Below are positions 53,268-64,000 of a stretch of 64,000 bases of DNA, piece after piece. Source of the stretch: Balamuthia mandrillaris (Eukaryota); the NCBI GenBank assembly GCA_031835245.2, contig JAVKOQ020000011.1:124001-188000 (forward strand), given 5' to 3'. The notes under the pieces are model-generated. The model was not told the origin of the DNA. It ran no database searches and worked only from the letters and a program-made list of their open reading frames with translations. A program made the translations under genes and the position numbers. Numbering within the stretch: the first letter of the stretch is position 1; each line of letters opens with the position of its first letter.

Positions 53268-53648
53268 ATGAACGAAGTTGGAGCACCAACAACAACAACA
53301 AAGAAATCCCCGTCCGACTTTTTGCGGTTGGTGCTTGGCCGAGCGGTTATCGTGAAGCTGAACTCTGGCGTAACTTATCAAGGTTACACTTACCCCCCAC
53401 TTCCGTCCAAAAAAAAAATTCAATTCATCTTTGTATCAGTAGTTAACCCTCATCTCCACTGGTTTGTTTCACAAAAAAAAAAATAAAAAAAAGGAATACT
53501 GGTAGCTTTGGATGGTTACATGAACATCGCCATGGAACAAACGGAGGAATACGTGAACGGACAGCTCAAAGGCAAGTACGGAGATGCTTTCATCCGTGGC
53601 AACAACGTCCTCTACATCAGCACACAAGGACCCGTGAAACGAGGTTAA
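53268..53648 (+). CDS. LSM6: U6 snRNA-associated Sm-like protein LSm6; 2 exons
   Basis: PSDFL..VLGRAVIVKLNSGVTYQGILVALDGYMNIAMEQTEEYVNGQLKGKYGDAFIRGNNVLYIS. Confidence 0.93.
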
Positions 53649-53774
53649 AGAGAGAGAGAGAGAGAGAGAGAGAGCGCGCGCGCGCGCTGGGAGAGAGAAG
53701 AAAAAAAAACATACCGTGCCACACACAACTTGTTTTTTGTTTTGTTTTTGTAAGTTATGGACGTGCTTCTGCTA

Positions 53775-56700
53775 CTACTGCTGTCCCTTCCGTCGAAGAT
53801 GCTCGCCAGCGATAAAGCCCGTTCTCGTCTTCTCGCCAGCCTTTTTCATTCTCTCTCTCCTCTCGGCCAGCTCCTTCTCCGTGGGGGCTTCCAGGGTGTC
53901 CTCCGCAAAGCCCAGCAGGCTCAAGTCTTCCTTTTTCATCAACCCGCTTTGTTTTTTTTTCCAAGAGCTTAAACGTCCCCACCCGCAACCCGCTAAAAGT
54001 CCCACCCCTTCGGTAAACGTCCCACCCCTCAGGTAATTTACCCACCCTAATATGTATTTATAACAACCTATTATTTTTGTTCTATTTTGCCACCAAAGCG
54101 TGCGCTGGCCATTATTTTAGAGAGTGGAGAAAAGGGATCAGAAAAATCAAAAATTTATTTTTTAGGGGGCTTTTTTTTTTCGTTTTGTTCTTTTGGCCAG
54201 TCTTTTCTTTGTCACGCTGGGCACCTTTTCTTCGTTCTGTTCTTTTTTTTTGAGGAGAGAGGAGCTTCACGACCTGTGTTTTCTGGTACCGTGGGTTGGG
54301 CTTCAGTTGTCGTTTTGGAGAGAGAGGCTTCCTTTTGTCCACTCGGGGATCCTGGTAGTTCACCACGGGTGCGACGCCATAGATCTCTTCCGTTTTACAG
54401 TTCTTTTGCCATTGAGAGGTACGCTTTGCTTTGCACTCTTCAAAAATGACAAAAATCAACTTCAGAAAAAGAATCTGCTTGATACAAAAAGTGACAAACA
54501 TACCACTTTGCGTTTTTGTTTTTTGATTTTGTTGTTTTTTTGGTGCAGCCGCCGCCACCGCCGCTGCCGTTTTCTTTGTTGTTTCAGGTTTTGTTAAATT
54601 TGATTGAAAGGTACGTTCGGTTTCTGGTGTTTGTGTGAGGTGTTAGCTAAAAGTAGGAAAGGAGGGAGAGATTTTGTTTAAAAAAAAGAGATACTAACTT
54701 AATTCAAGCAAACATTCTTCTGTGAGTCGCAGGTTGGTTGCTACTTTCGGCCGCTTTGTTGTATTGCGCGGCCTCCCAGGTGATGACTTCCCTGTAGCAT
54801 ATGCGATTGCTTGTTCTGCTTCTTCCTTGCTAGAGTACTCGATTTTTGGCTCCACTGGATGTTGATGCTTTGTTCCTTGATTTTTGTTTGCATTCAGTTT
54901 GTCTTTCTCCTTTTCCTTCTCCTCCTCCTCCTTCTCCTCCTTCTCCTCCTTCTCTTCTTTCTTATTGTTGTGTTCTTCTCCTTCAGAAGTTTCTTCCTCA
55001 AGATCTCCGCCGTCGTCCTCACCAAGTTCATCCATTGATGGCTCCTCCAACAGTAGCAGCGCCTGCTGTTCCTCGTCCTGTTCATCTCCCTCCTCTCCTT
55101 CCACATCATCATCAAGGGTAACAGGCGCTACACGTTGCTCCAGGGAGTCAGTATCATCTGCTTCAACGATGTCATCTTCAACTATTCTTGCCACTTGTGA
55201 GGTGCTGCTGTTGGTGCGTCTTGTTTGTCTTTTCAGCCCAAGCTCTAAAAGGTTCTGATCTGAAAATGTTTTCTGTAGATGAGCAGCAAGTCCAAAAACG
55301 TGTTTGCACCTCCTACCATAATACCGAAAGTAAGGACAGGTGCATGAAGGCAATTCTATAGTCACGGCGTACTCATTCCATTTGAAAACGCCGTCAGCAA
55401 GCTCTACAAAATGTGCGTTCAATCCTTCTTCTACCTCTTTTTCCTCTCTGTCGTTGTTGTTGTCATCGTTTTTGCTGCCATTCTCTATTTCTTCTTTTTC
55501 TTTCTGTTTCTCACTCTGTTGGTGCTGTGCCAGCCGCAATCCCTCTTGATATCTCCTCCAAAGCCGGCAAACACCAAGGCTTGGGCGTTGCTGTAGTACA
55601 TCGATGCGGTTGAGCTCCACATTGTAGCGGCGAAACACATTGTCTGCTAGCGTTAAGACCAAGTTGTGATCCCCTTTGGTGCCTTTGCAGTGGAAATCAC
55701 GAAGAATGCTACGAAAGATCGGCTCTGTTGCATTGTTGGTATTCCACAAGCCCTCTCGGTACCCAGGACGATCAATGCTTTTCCACGTTGATGCCCATGG
55801 AGGAGAAAGCCAGTTCTTGTCAAAGTACTGCCAAAAACGGGTAATCCTCTTTTTTTGGCAATAGTTCTTCAACACTTTTGTTGCTTCTTCCTCTGCATCT
55901 TCTGTCATGGCATGTTGCAGGCTTTTTAACAAACCCAATACACTTCCATCATCCTTCCCTTGTTGTTTGGTATTATTGTTAGTTTCTACTTGTATGAGCA
56001 ACAACGAGAGGGAGAGAGCAGATGCATGAAAGAGAGAGAACAAACCATACTGCGCAACTTTTTTCTCCACAGTTGTTGTGCATGAAAGTCACACAACACC
56101 ACCTGAAAGCCAGCACTTGTCGCCCCGTTACGCTCCACCTTGTCTTTGTCGATCATTACGAAGGGTTGCCACGTAGGTTTTGGGGAGTAGATCGTTGTCG
56201 TCTGTGTCTCAAAAAAGTGACGAACAGACGAAAGGAAAAAGCGCACAACTGCTGCTCGTTCCTTGCTAGCAACAGCGAAGGCAACAGGCCAGCTCCGTCC
56301 CAAGTCATCTTGCACCCCCAGTGCCCAAACGGGGTGATGTGACTTGGATAGCTTGTAGATGCTGTCCAGGCCGACTACATCCTTACCCCATCGCTGAAGC
56401 ACAGTGACTGCATAAGGCGCGATCAGAAAAATCATCCATGGCCGACGGGCCGCCGTGCGATCAAGGATGTACGTTTCCCGGCTCTCCAAAGGTGGGAAAA
56501 GGATAGTAGAAGCCAGTTCTGGCCGATTCAAGGCCTCTTGGAGGGCTTCTGCTCTGGTTTGCCCTTTCTTGCCGATTCGCAGTTTTTTCCTTCCGTTGTG
56601 GATTACAGTGGCAATCTCCTGCACAGTGGGTTCATCCCGAGCATCCTTGACCAGCTCACAAGCGCCCCCCAGCAACATTCGTTGCAGCTCGTGCGCCGTC

Positions 56701-57974
56701 ATTGCTCCTCCTCTCCCATTCATTCCGTCTTCTTTTGTTCCTTGCCCATCCATCTGGCGGAGCCACTGCCGAAGCGCAGGTGTCATAGGCAAAGCGGAAG
56801 GCGCGCAAAACCCAGGTCCGTGGCTTTGGGCTTCCTTCTGGATGTAGATGTAGGCAGTGTTTAGCTCATCTCTAAACCCCACCCAACGGCTTTGTACTTC
56901 ACAGTCCTTTAGTTTTTTGTTCTTCTTTCCTCTTGCAGGAGGAGCACAGGCAAAGCCGCCAGAGCAGTGAAGATTCTCGCTGAGTGCAACCTCAAGGACC
57001 CCATTCTTCACCTTCTTGACTTTAGGCGCCACCAACACTTTCACTCCTTCAAGGGTGGTCCGCTGATTACTAAGCACCTTCACTCCTGTTCGCTTTGTAA
57101 GCCCACGAGTTGATCTCCATTGGACTCGATAAAAGGTCGGAGCATCCTCTCCACCATTGTACAACCGTGAAAGCTGCTGCAATGGAACCTTTCGTTCAAA
57201 AATCCACCCGTAAATCTCGGCAAATCTTTTTTTCTTCGCTTCCATAATGTGAAAAAAAAAAAGGAAAAAACAAAAAGCCAAACAAACAAAAAAGGTGTGT
57301 GATGGTTGTGTGTAGCTGTTTCTAGTTGAAAGAAAAAAGTTAAAGAAGAAGACCTTGTTACAACCCAAGAAAAAGTAACGGTAACGTTATTGAAAAAAAA
57401 GGCGGGAACAAAAAGAAAAGTATGGCGGGCAAGAATGGTGAGAGGAATAACCGTTGACCAAGGATACAGCATGCTTTCAATTCCTGACAGTTTCTTTTAC
57501 AACGGTTATTCCTCTCGCCAAGCAAAGAGAAACACAGTAGCAATGTAACGATAGAGTTACTCATAATTCATGTCACCCTAATAGGTTGGGACTTTTACCT
57601 GAGGGGTGGAATTTTTATCGGTGGGGTGGGAAGTTTATGGTCGTGGGGTGGGATATCTACCATTTTTGCTTTCCAAGATGAACATTGATTTTTTTGAGCA
57701 TCCAGCAGAAGAGAAGAAGAACAAGAAGAACAAGAAGAAGAACAAGAAGAAGAACAAGAAGAACAAGAAGAACAAGAAGCACTCACTTGTCCATGCGACA
57801 TTGAAGATAGACTTTGGCTTCCTTGCGGCACCGGTCCGAGTTAAAGTCATTGGAGTGCAGGCACTTGTAGTAGGTACGGACCAGCTCCGAGCACTCCCCC
57901 GATCGGTCCAAGGGAAAGCTGCCTTTGTCCGGCCGCACTGGCGGCTGTACCTTGTTCCTCGCTACGTGATTCAT
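53775..57974 (-). CDS. COX19: Cytochrome c oxidase assembly protein COX19; exons 57787-57974 and 53775-53946, intron holds a transposon
   Basis: PDKGSFPLD..GEC..YYKCL..CRKEAKVYLQCRMD. Phase-2 donor AA|GTGAGT joins AAAG|CGGG to give CRMDNGLMKKEDLSLLGF. Confidence 0.92.
53967..57669 (-). mobile_element. Mutator-like (MULE) DNA transposon, 3703 bp, with imperfect TIRs and 9-bp TSD TTTCCAAGA
   Basis: TSD at 53958-53966 and 57670-57678. Both ends begin GC. Inverted subterminal arrays of about 20-bp TAAAxGTCCCACCCC units. Encodes a transposase. Confidence 0.88.
54694..57245 (-). CDS. MULE DDE transposase with SWIM zinc finger (intron 55959-56050; further 3' exons possible)
   Basis: VGLDSIYK (D1), PVAF, VMIDKD (D2), LCDFH (CxxH), YFDKNWL, NTNNATE (E), CTCPYF..RRCKHV (SWIM). 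Confidence 0.88.
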
Positions 57975-58136
57975 CTATCTTTCTGCTTTTTTTTTTACCT
58001 CTTTAAAATTTTTCTTCGAATTGTTAAAAATAATAATAATAATGATCGATAATTGTCCTCAAAAATACCTAATATGGACAAAATTTCACAAAAAATCGAA
58101 AAAAAAGAAAAAGACGAACAAAGAAAGTGTGTTGCG

Positions 58137-58652
58137 ATGGACCTCTTGTCCGACGCGTATGGTTCCTTCTCTGATAGTGAGAGCGAGGAAGAGACGGAGG
58201 GAACGGGTGGCGATGGCACACAAGCAAGGGACACAAAACAGGCCAACGTTTCGCCAAAGGCTACCAAACGAGGCAGAGAAGAAGTGGAGGAAACTAACTC
58301 GAAGAAACCAACCAAAACCGGAGCAATGAGCTCCCGACCGACCAAAAAGCCCAAGGACCTTCCGCACCAAACAACCAAGCTTCATCCGGTGAGCTTCGCT
58401 GCTGCTGCTCCTTCCTCTTCTTCCTTCCGTCCCTCCCCAACAACCTCAACTCCACCCAAACTTCCTCCAGTCGGCTTTGCGCGTCCTTCTCCCTCCTCCT
58501 CACCTCATCCTTCCACCTCTGCTTCTTCCTCTCCTTCATCCCTGCTCCCCCCACAGCTGCGGCTGCGGCGCGCCAACCTTCCCACCGAAGACAACATCGA
58601 CTACGACACGGTCAAGAAGAGAGCCACACACCAACCAAAGCGGAACCACTAG
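58137..58652 (+). CDS. Uncharacterised low-complexity protein
   Basis: MDLLSDAYGS..SESEEE start and LLPPQLRLRRANLPTED C-terminal motif; single open frame. Confidence 0.6.
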   Translation: MDLLSDAYGSFSDSESEEETEGTGGDGTQARDTKQANVSPKATKRGREEVEETNSKKPTKTGAMSSRPTKKPKDLPHQTTKLHPVSFAAAAPSSSSFRPSPTTSTPPKLPPVGFARPSPSSSPHPSTSASSSPSSLLPPQLRLRRANLPTEDNIDYDTVKKRATHQPKRNH

Positions 58653-58953
58653 CAATGCAGCAAGGATACTTATAATTATTATTATTATTATTATCTACCG
58701 AAACTCCTGCGCGTAGAGGCTTGGTTGCCTGGTTGCTATCTGTTCCTCCTTCTTTTAAATATAGGACACAGAATGTTTCGTGTTACAAATAAACAAAAAA
58801 AAAGTCCTTTTTGTTCCTTGGAGATCGCAAGCACGGGTCGTGCCTTTCTTTTGCTCTTCGGTTAACCGAAGAGCATGATGAGCGGAACTTTTCCTAAAGC
58901 TCTCAAGGGTGAGGAGCGAGCAGCAGCAACACACCGCCTTTGACCGAGGAAGA

Positions 58954-59415
58954 ATGAAAGGAGAGAAGGAGGCAGGGGATGCAGAAAAAGGCCCGGCCAA
59001 GGGAGAGCGTTTGCCCAACGTTGCCGGGCTGAGGCTCGCCGTAGAGCCCGGAAGAGCGTCCAACGATAGCATTGCACAACCAGACGTCTTATCTTCGGTT
59101 TGGGACCTCGTTTTTTTTTTTTTGTTCTCAACACAATGCTCCATGGCCTTTCAGCAGAGCAATAACCTGCCTCCTAACCTCCCTCCCTGCCTTTCGTTCA
59201 TTTGTTTCGGTCTATTTGTTAACCTCCTCCTCCTCCCTCTGCTTCAACACTGTTTCCAACTTCAGGTCATCGGTCGCTTGAAAATGGTGCGGGACATCGC
59301 CAGCCAGCGGAACGGGCGGGGCGTTTCCGAGGACGACCTGCGGCGGGCGTTGCAAGCGGTGCAGGAAACGCTGGCCCTGATGCAGAGCCAGATCGCCCTG
59401 CGGAGGGCAAGATAA
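58954..59415 (+). CDS. Small hypothetical protein, 2 exons
   Basis: GC-rich coding-like blocks flanking a pyrimidine-rich GT-AG intron about 59098-59265. Confidence 0.45.
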   Translation: MKGEKEAGDAEKGPAKGERLPNVAGLRLAVEPGRASNDSIAQPDVLSSVWDLVFFFLFSTQCSMAFQQSNNLPPNLPPCLSFICFGLFVNLLLLPLLQHCFQLQVIGRLKMVRDIASQRNGRGVSEDDLRRALQAVQETLALMQSQIALRRAR

Positions 59416-59497
59416 GATAGCCGGCAGGGTCACCACGTGCCGTGTATAGTGTTAATAAAACCAAATGTTGCTATAGGAACTTGCTACCAGAGTAGCT

Positions 59498-62400
59498 ATG
59501 GAGATAAGGATGCCCGGCAACGAGCTTCCTTCGCAGCATTTTTCGGTAGACACACTGACCCACACAACAGGTTCCCTTTTTGTTTGGTTTGGCGAACGAG
59601 AACACGGGCACTAAAACAAAAAAAAACACACACACGGCCAAACGAACCACCACCACCACAAGCCTCCCCATCCGTTCCACCGCCACCAGCGCTTTTTTTT
59701 TTGTCTTTCAATGCCAGAGAACTTTGAAACTCAACAAGAGGTACCTATATATATATTTTTTAAGAGAACACCGAGGAGACATGACCGGCGATGTTTCTTA
59801 AACAACGAGCAGCACTGCCGACTGCCGCTTTTTCTGTTTTTTTTTTAAAATCGTTTTTTTTTTTTTTTTTTTTGTGTTTGCAGGCCTTTAGAAAATGGCT
59901 GGAGCTTCAGTTCGCACGAACGGGCACTCCTTGCCAGGTGGACAACTTGGCTACCGTATTTGAGGATGGCGTGAAACTCTGCCAGCTCATGGAGGTCCTC
60001 TCTGGAAAGAAAGTCAAATACACCGAGCCAGCCACAAACAGGTTATTTTTTTAAAAAAAAAACTCGCTTTCTTTTTCTATTTTCTTGTTTCGGTTTCGCT
60101 TCGCTCTTTGTCGGCGTTTCTTCTGAGGCTTTGGTTCTTCTTCATTTTCTTTTTATTATTATTTTTCGATTTCATTTGTTACCGTTCCCTCTTTCTTTGT
60201 TCTTTTTGTTTAACAAAAGCCGAAACGGAAGGCGTGCTGATCTGTTTCTTTGGTTACCGTAACAAAAAGGCTGCAAAAGGTTGGCAATGTAAATACCGCC
60301 CTGGAATGCATCAAACAAGAGGACATCAAACTGGTGGGCATTGGAGGCCAGGACATTGTGGATTGTAATTTACCTCTTATCATGGGTCTTATTTGGAGCT
60401 TGATACTCAAGTATCAATCCACCATGGACCGTTCCGCCCTCTTGAAATGGTGTAAAGAGACTGTAGCCCAATTCGGTCTTTCTGTTTCTGACTTTGGCAA
60501 GAGGTTCGTTTCTCCATGTTCTACCCATGCTTCACTCTCTCTCTCTCTCTCTCTCTTCCATTTCTCTCTTACGCGGCTAGCAGTTGGCAGGACGGCAAGG
60601 CCTTGTGCGCTCTCTGTGTTGCAGTGGCTCCAGGTTCCATCGACATGGATGTGGTTCTGCAGGTATCTTTCTTGTGCCTTCTTTTTTTTTTGGTCTTTTG
60701 TTTATGCGTTACTTACTTATTCTTCGTTTGCATTGTGCGTGTGTGTGTTTATTTAACAGCGAGGTGCATTGGAAAACATCAAAGAAGCCTTCGAGGTAGC
60801 AAAAGAGGAGTTCCACGTGCCTATCCTCATGGGTGCCGAAGAGCTGGCCAACACGACAAACCCAGACGAGAAAACGATGTTGCTCTACCTTTCCTACTTC
60901 CCCAAAGTGGGTCCCAGGGAAGAGGCCAGAGAACTAACCGAGCTGAGAAAATACCTCGACAGCATCAAAGAAAAGATCAAAGCTGTGCTGAGCTCACAAG
61001 CCGCAGAAGAGAAAGGGAAACAGAAGGACGAAGGTGAGGAAGCCTCTGAGACAGAAAAAGCAAACGCGGAAGAGGGAACAGGAGAACAAAGTAAGGAGAA
61101 GAAAAAGAAAAAGAAAGGAGAACGATTCTACGCAGAGACAAACGTGTACGACCTCGAAGGCTGCGTGAACCAAAGCTTAGAAGTCGTGGCTAAGGCCAAT
61201 GCCCGAACCGAAGACCTCCAGAACCAGCTTCGAACAAGAGAAGAGGAGCTGCAAGCCGCCATCGCCAAGATGGAAAAATGGAAGGCTAAGTACAAGGCCA
61301 GAGCCGATCTGGGCAAACGCCTGGACAGGGCCCTGCAAGAAACCGAGCACATTGTGGAGCAGTACAAGGCCCTGCAGGAGGACCTTACCAAGGCCAAGCA
61401 GATGAACGTAAAGCTGGCATCGGATTTGATCACCATGAAGCTCCAAGCCGAGCTGGCTGCTGCCTTGACCGGCCCTGCTTCTCAGGAGGCAGCTCCCACA
61501 GGAAGGGTGGCCTTTGTATTCACCGATGTGCAAGGCTCTACCACCCAGTGGGAGAAGAACCCGGAGGCTATGGCGAAGGCCATCGGCCAGCACAACGCCC
61601 TCATGAGGAAGCTGCTGAGGGAGCACAACGGCTACGAGGTCAAGACGGAGGGAGATGCCTTCATGGTCACCTTCACCAACTGCATCGATGCCGCCAACTG
61701 GTGCATAGACGCCCAGGAGAAGCTGCTCGAGGTGGAGTGGCCAGAGGCCTTGCTGGAGCATGAGGACTCTCGTGAAGAACGAATCCCGGAGGGAGAAGAG
61801 GAGGCAGGCAAATTGTTGTGGCGAGGTCTGCGCGTGCGAATGGGCATCCATGTGGGAGAGCCCAGCTGCGAGGAGGACCCGGTCACAGGCCGCATGGATT
61901 ATTTTGGGCCCATCGTGAACAGAGCTGCTCGTGTGGCTTCCATCCCTTGTGGTGGGCAGGTGGTGGTCAGTGAAGACGCCTGGCAGGAAATAGAGCCAAG
62001 AGTGGGAGAGGTGATGGGTCAGCCCCAAGCCAAGCAGTTGGGCTACTTCCCCCTCAAAGGACTCGACTTTGAGATGCTTGTCCTTCAGCTGGTGCCACGT
62101 TCCCTCCAGGCGAGGCGGTTCCCAGAGCCCAAGGCGGCGGATGGCCCTGCCACAGGCGCCCTGCGGGACAAGCTACATGACTTGGAGGCAGAGAACCAGG
62201 CCCTCCTCCAGCGCATGAAGGACATGGAGAGCAAGGCCGAGGACGCCAGGGAGAAGGCCCAGAAGTTGAAGGACACTCTTCAGGAAATGTACGAGGAGTT
62301 TGCCAACGGCAGCAACACCAGCAAGCTTGAGGCCTTGGTCCTGCAGATGACCAAGCTACTTGAAGGGCAGGAGCTGCTCAAGAAAGACCTGGACCAGACC

Positions 62401-62745
62401 GCTCAGAGTAGCACCAGCCTGGTGGAGAATGTCAAGGGTGTGGAGAATCAGATGGACGTAGTGAAGGCCGATGTGAGGGCCATGATGGAGAAGAAGCTGC
62501 TGGAGCTCAAGGCACAGAATGAGGAGCGGGCCAGACAGTATGAACTGCTCTCTGAGGAACTCAACCGAAAGAATTCCGAGGTCTACTTGTTGATGGAGGA
62601 GAAGGAGAGCTTCATGTCTGAGTTCAAGGAGAGGAGGCAGGAACTGGAGAACGTGTTGCAGAATTACTCTCGTACCACTGAAAGGATGGAGGAGATGGTG
62701 AACAAGTACACCGACAGGTTGCTTCATCCTCCTTCCTCTGAGTGA
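59498..62745 (+). CDS. Tandem calponin-homology actin-binding domain + coiled coil + class III adenylyl cyclase + coiled coil
   Basis: CH1 QQEAFRKWL..FEDGVKLCQLMEVLSG..IGGQDIVDCNLPLIMGLIWSLILKYQ; CH2 ALLKWC..SWQDGKALCAL..PDEKTMLLYLSYF; cyclase FVFTDVQGST..EVKTEGDAFM..RMGIHVG..MDYFGPIVNRAARV. Confidence 0.88.
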
Positions 62746-63039
62746 TGTGGAGGCAAAAGACACAAAAAAAAAATAAAAAAGCGATGCACGAAGAGACACG
62801 TTCCTCCTTTTTACAGTGGAACTTGCTTTTAACGAAGAGGGGCGTGTTGAAGGTCTTGACGAAGCGGACAAACGGAGGAAAAGGAGAGAAAGAGAGAGAG
62901 AGAGATGCAGCTTGATTGGCTTTGTTTATTATCGTTTCATCCCCTGTGCACTCCAAAAGAAACAAAGCGCGGGCGAGCACCTTCGTGCTTTTCACATGTG
63001 TTCGTCTGTTTTGGTTCTGTTCCTTTGACAACTGTGGTT

Positions 63040-63774
63040 TTACTCGCGAGCGGGACCACCACGTCCAAAGCTTGGGCGGCCACCCTCCCTTCTGTAAGAG
63101 TCCCTTCCTCCAGGAGCAGCACCAGCAGGTCGTCCACGGCCAAAACCGCCAGGGCGGGCACCCTGTTTGATTGCATGTAAGTTGCCTCGTCAAGTCTTTG
63201 GTGAAAGGAGAAGGTGAAGGTGACGTACAAAGCTGGGTTGGAAATCACGGCCAGGGCCGACCTTCTTCTCATCGGCACCAAAAGCACGTCTCTCACCACC
63301 AGGAGCGGGTCTGCGAGCAGGGAGAGCAGCGCGAGGCTGAGTTCTGGGCTTCTTCAGGGTGGCGGGAACAATCTCAGCGGGCAAGTGCAAAAAGTCGCGC
63401 AAGTACTGGATTCCCTCGTTTGTGAGGAACCAGTAATAGCACCTCCAGGCGAACTGCTCGCGGCAGTAACCGCGGGAAACCATGGATTGCATCAACTTGC
63501 ACACCCACAAGTTGGGAACATCGACATCAGGGTGCTTGGTCATGGTGTGGTCTTTCTTGGCCACCAAAACTCCCTCTGAGAAAGAAAGGAAGGAATAACA
63601 TCAGACCACCAAACATCGAAATCAATCCAACCACTCGTGATCTGATTCTCTTTCCGCAAGAATCACCAACAAGCCAGAGGATGTAACAATTGAAAAAAAA
63701 GGGAGGCAGATCAAAACTTTACCCTTGAAGAGGTAAGAGTAGACAGCAATTCGGCTCTTCTTTGGGACGAGCAT
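63040..63774 (-). CDS. RPS10: 40S ribosomal protein S10 (eS10); 3 exons
   Basis: [79 protein letters not shown]. Confidence 0.96.
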
Positions 63775-64000
63775 TGTGATCACAGTTGAGGAATCTTTTC
63801 GAGCGAAACACACACAGGGGAGCGGCACGCAACGAGGCCTTTTTGCAGAAGCTGGTAGAAAAAGTAAATTTTTAACAGAGAGCGAAAAACCAAGAAACCA
63901 AAATGGGGGGGAGGATGGGGGATCGTGCCGCTGCGTACCGGAATGACGTCAGTGCCTCCCTCCAAAAACCCAATCGAAAATCAAAAACCCTTTGAAAAAA

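Noticed and set aside
54112..54558. Separate passenger gene within the transposon
   Set aside because: No ATG start, low complexity; more likely extra transposase exons or UTR, and splicing could not be resolved
63590..63700. Possible snoRNA in RPS10 intron 1
   Set aside because: A CTGA and a small hairpin are present, but no convincing box C, terminal stem or recognisable rRNA guide
63944..63951. TGACGTCA CRE-like palindrome upstream of RPS10
   Set aside because: Single occurrence noticed; cannot be distinguished from chance

Overview
Gene-dense, intron-rich eukaryotic nuclear DNA with short GT-AG introns full of pyrimidine microsatellites. A protist, possibly amoebozoan, origin is inferred and cannot be proven from the sequence. 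About 29 genes or pseudogenes are recognisable. Most are housekeeping: glucosidase II alpha (3' end), APC4, GLRX3, LTV1, dolichol kinase, NOP10, an EEP/TDP2-like nuclease, NDUFAF5, malic enzyme, a second GH31, ATAD2/Yta7, MPPE1/Cdc1, mitochondrial EF-Tu, NDUFB7, Fcf2, LSm6, COX19 and RPS10. Highlights: (1) an apparently intact 3.7-kb Mutator-like DNA transposon (DDE + SWIM transposase, repeat-built TIRs, perfect 9-bp TSD) inside the single intron of COX19; (2) a gene fusing a tandem calponin-homology actin-binding domain to a class III adenylyl cyclase; (3) a GTCGAC palindrome clustered just upstream of many housekeeping starts, a candidate lineage-specific promoter element; (4) a tandem duplicated cassette of a surface protein and an RRM protein, with a 277-bp insertion flanked by a 5-bp TSD and signs of gene conversion; (5) an LRR gene made of 69-bp units with variation concentrated on the ligand face, an LRRC58-like C-terminus and two frameshifts. 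Gene coordinates span introns and were spliced by eye.
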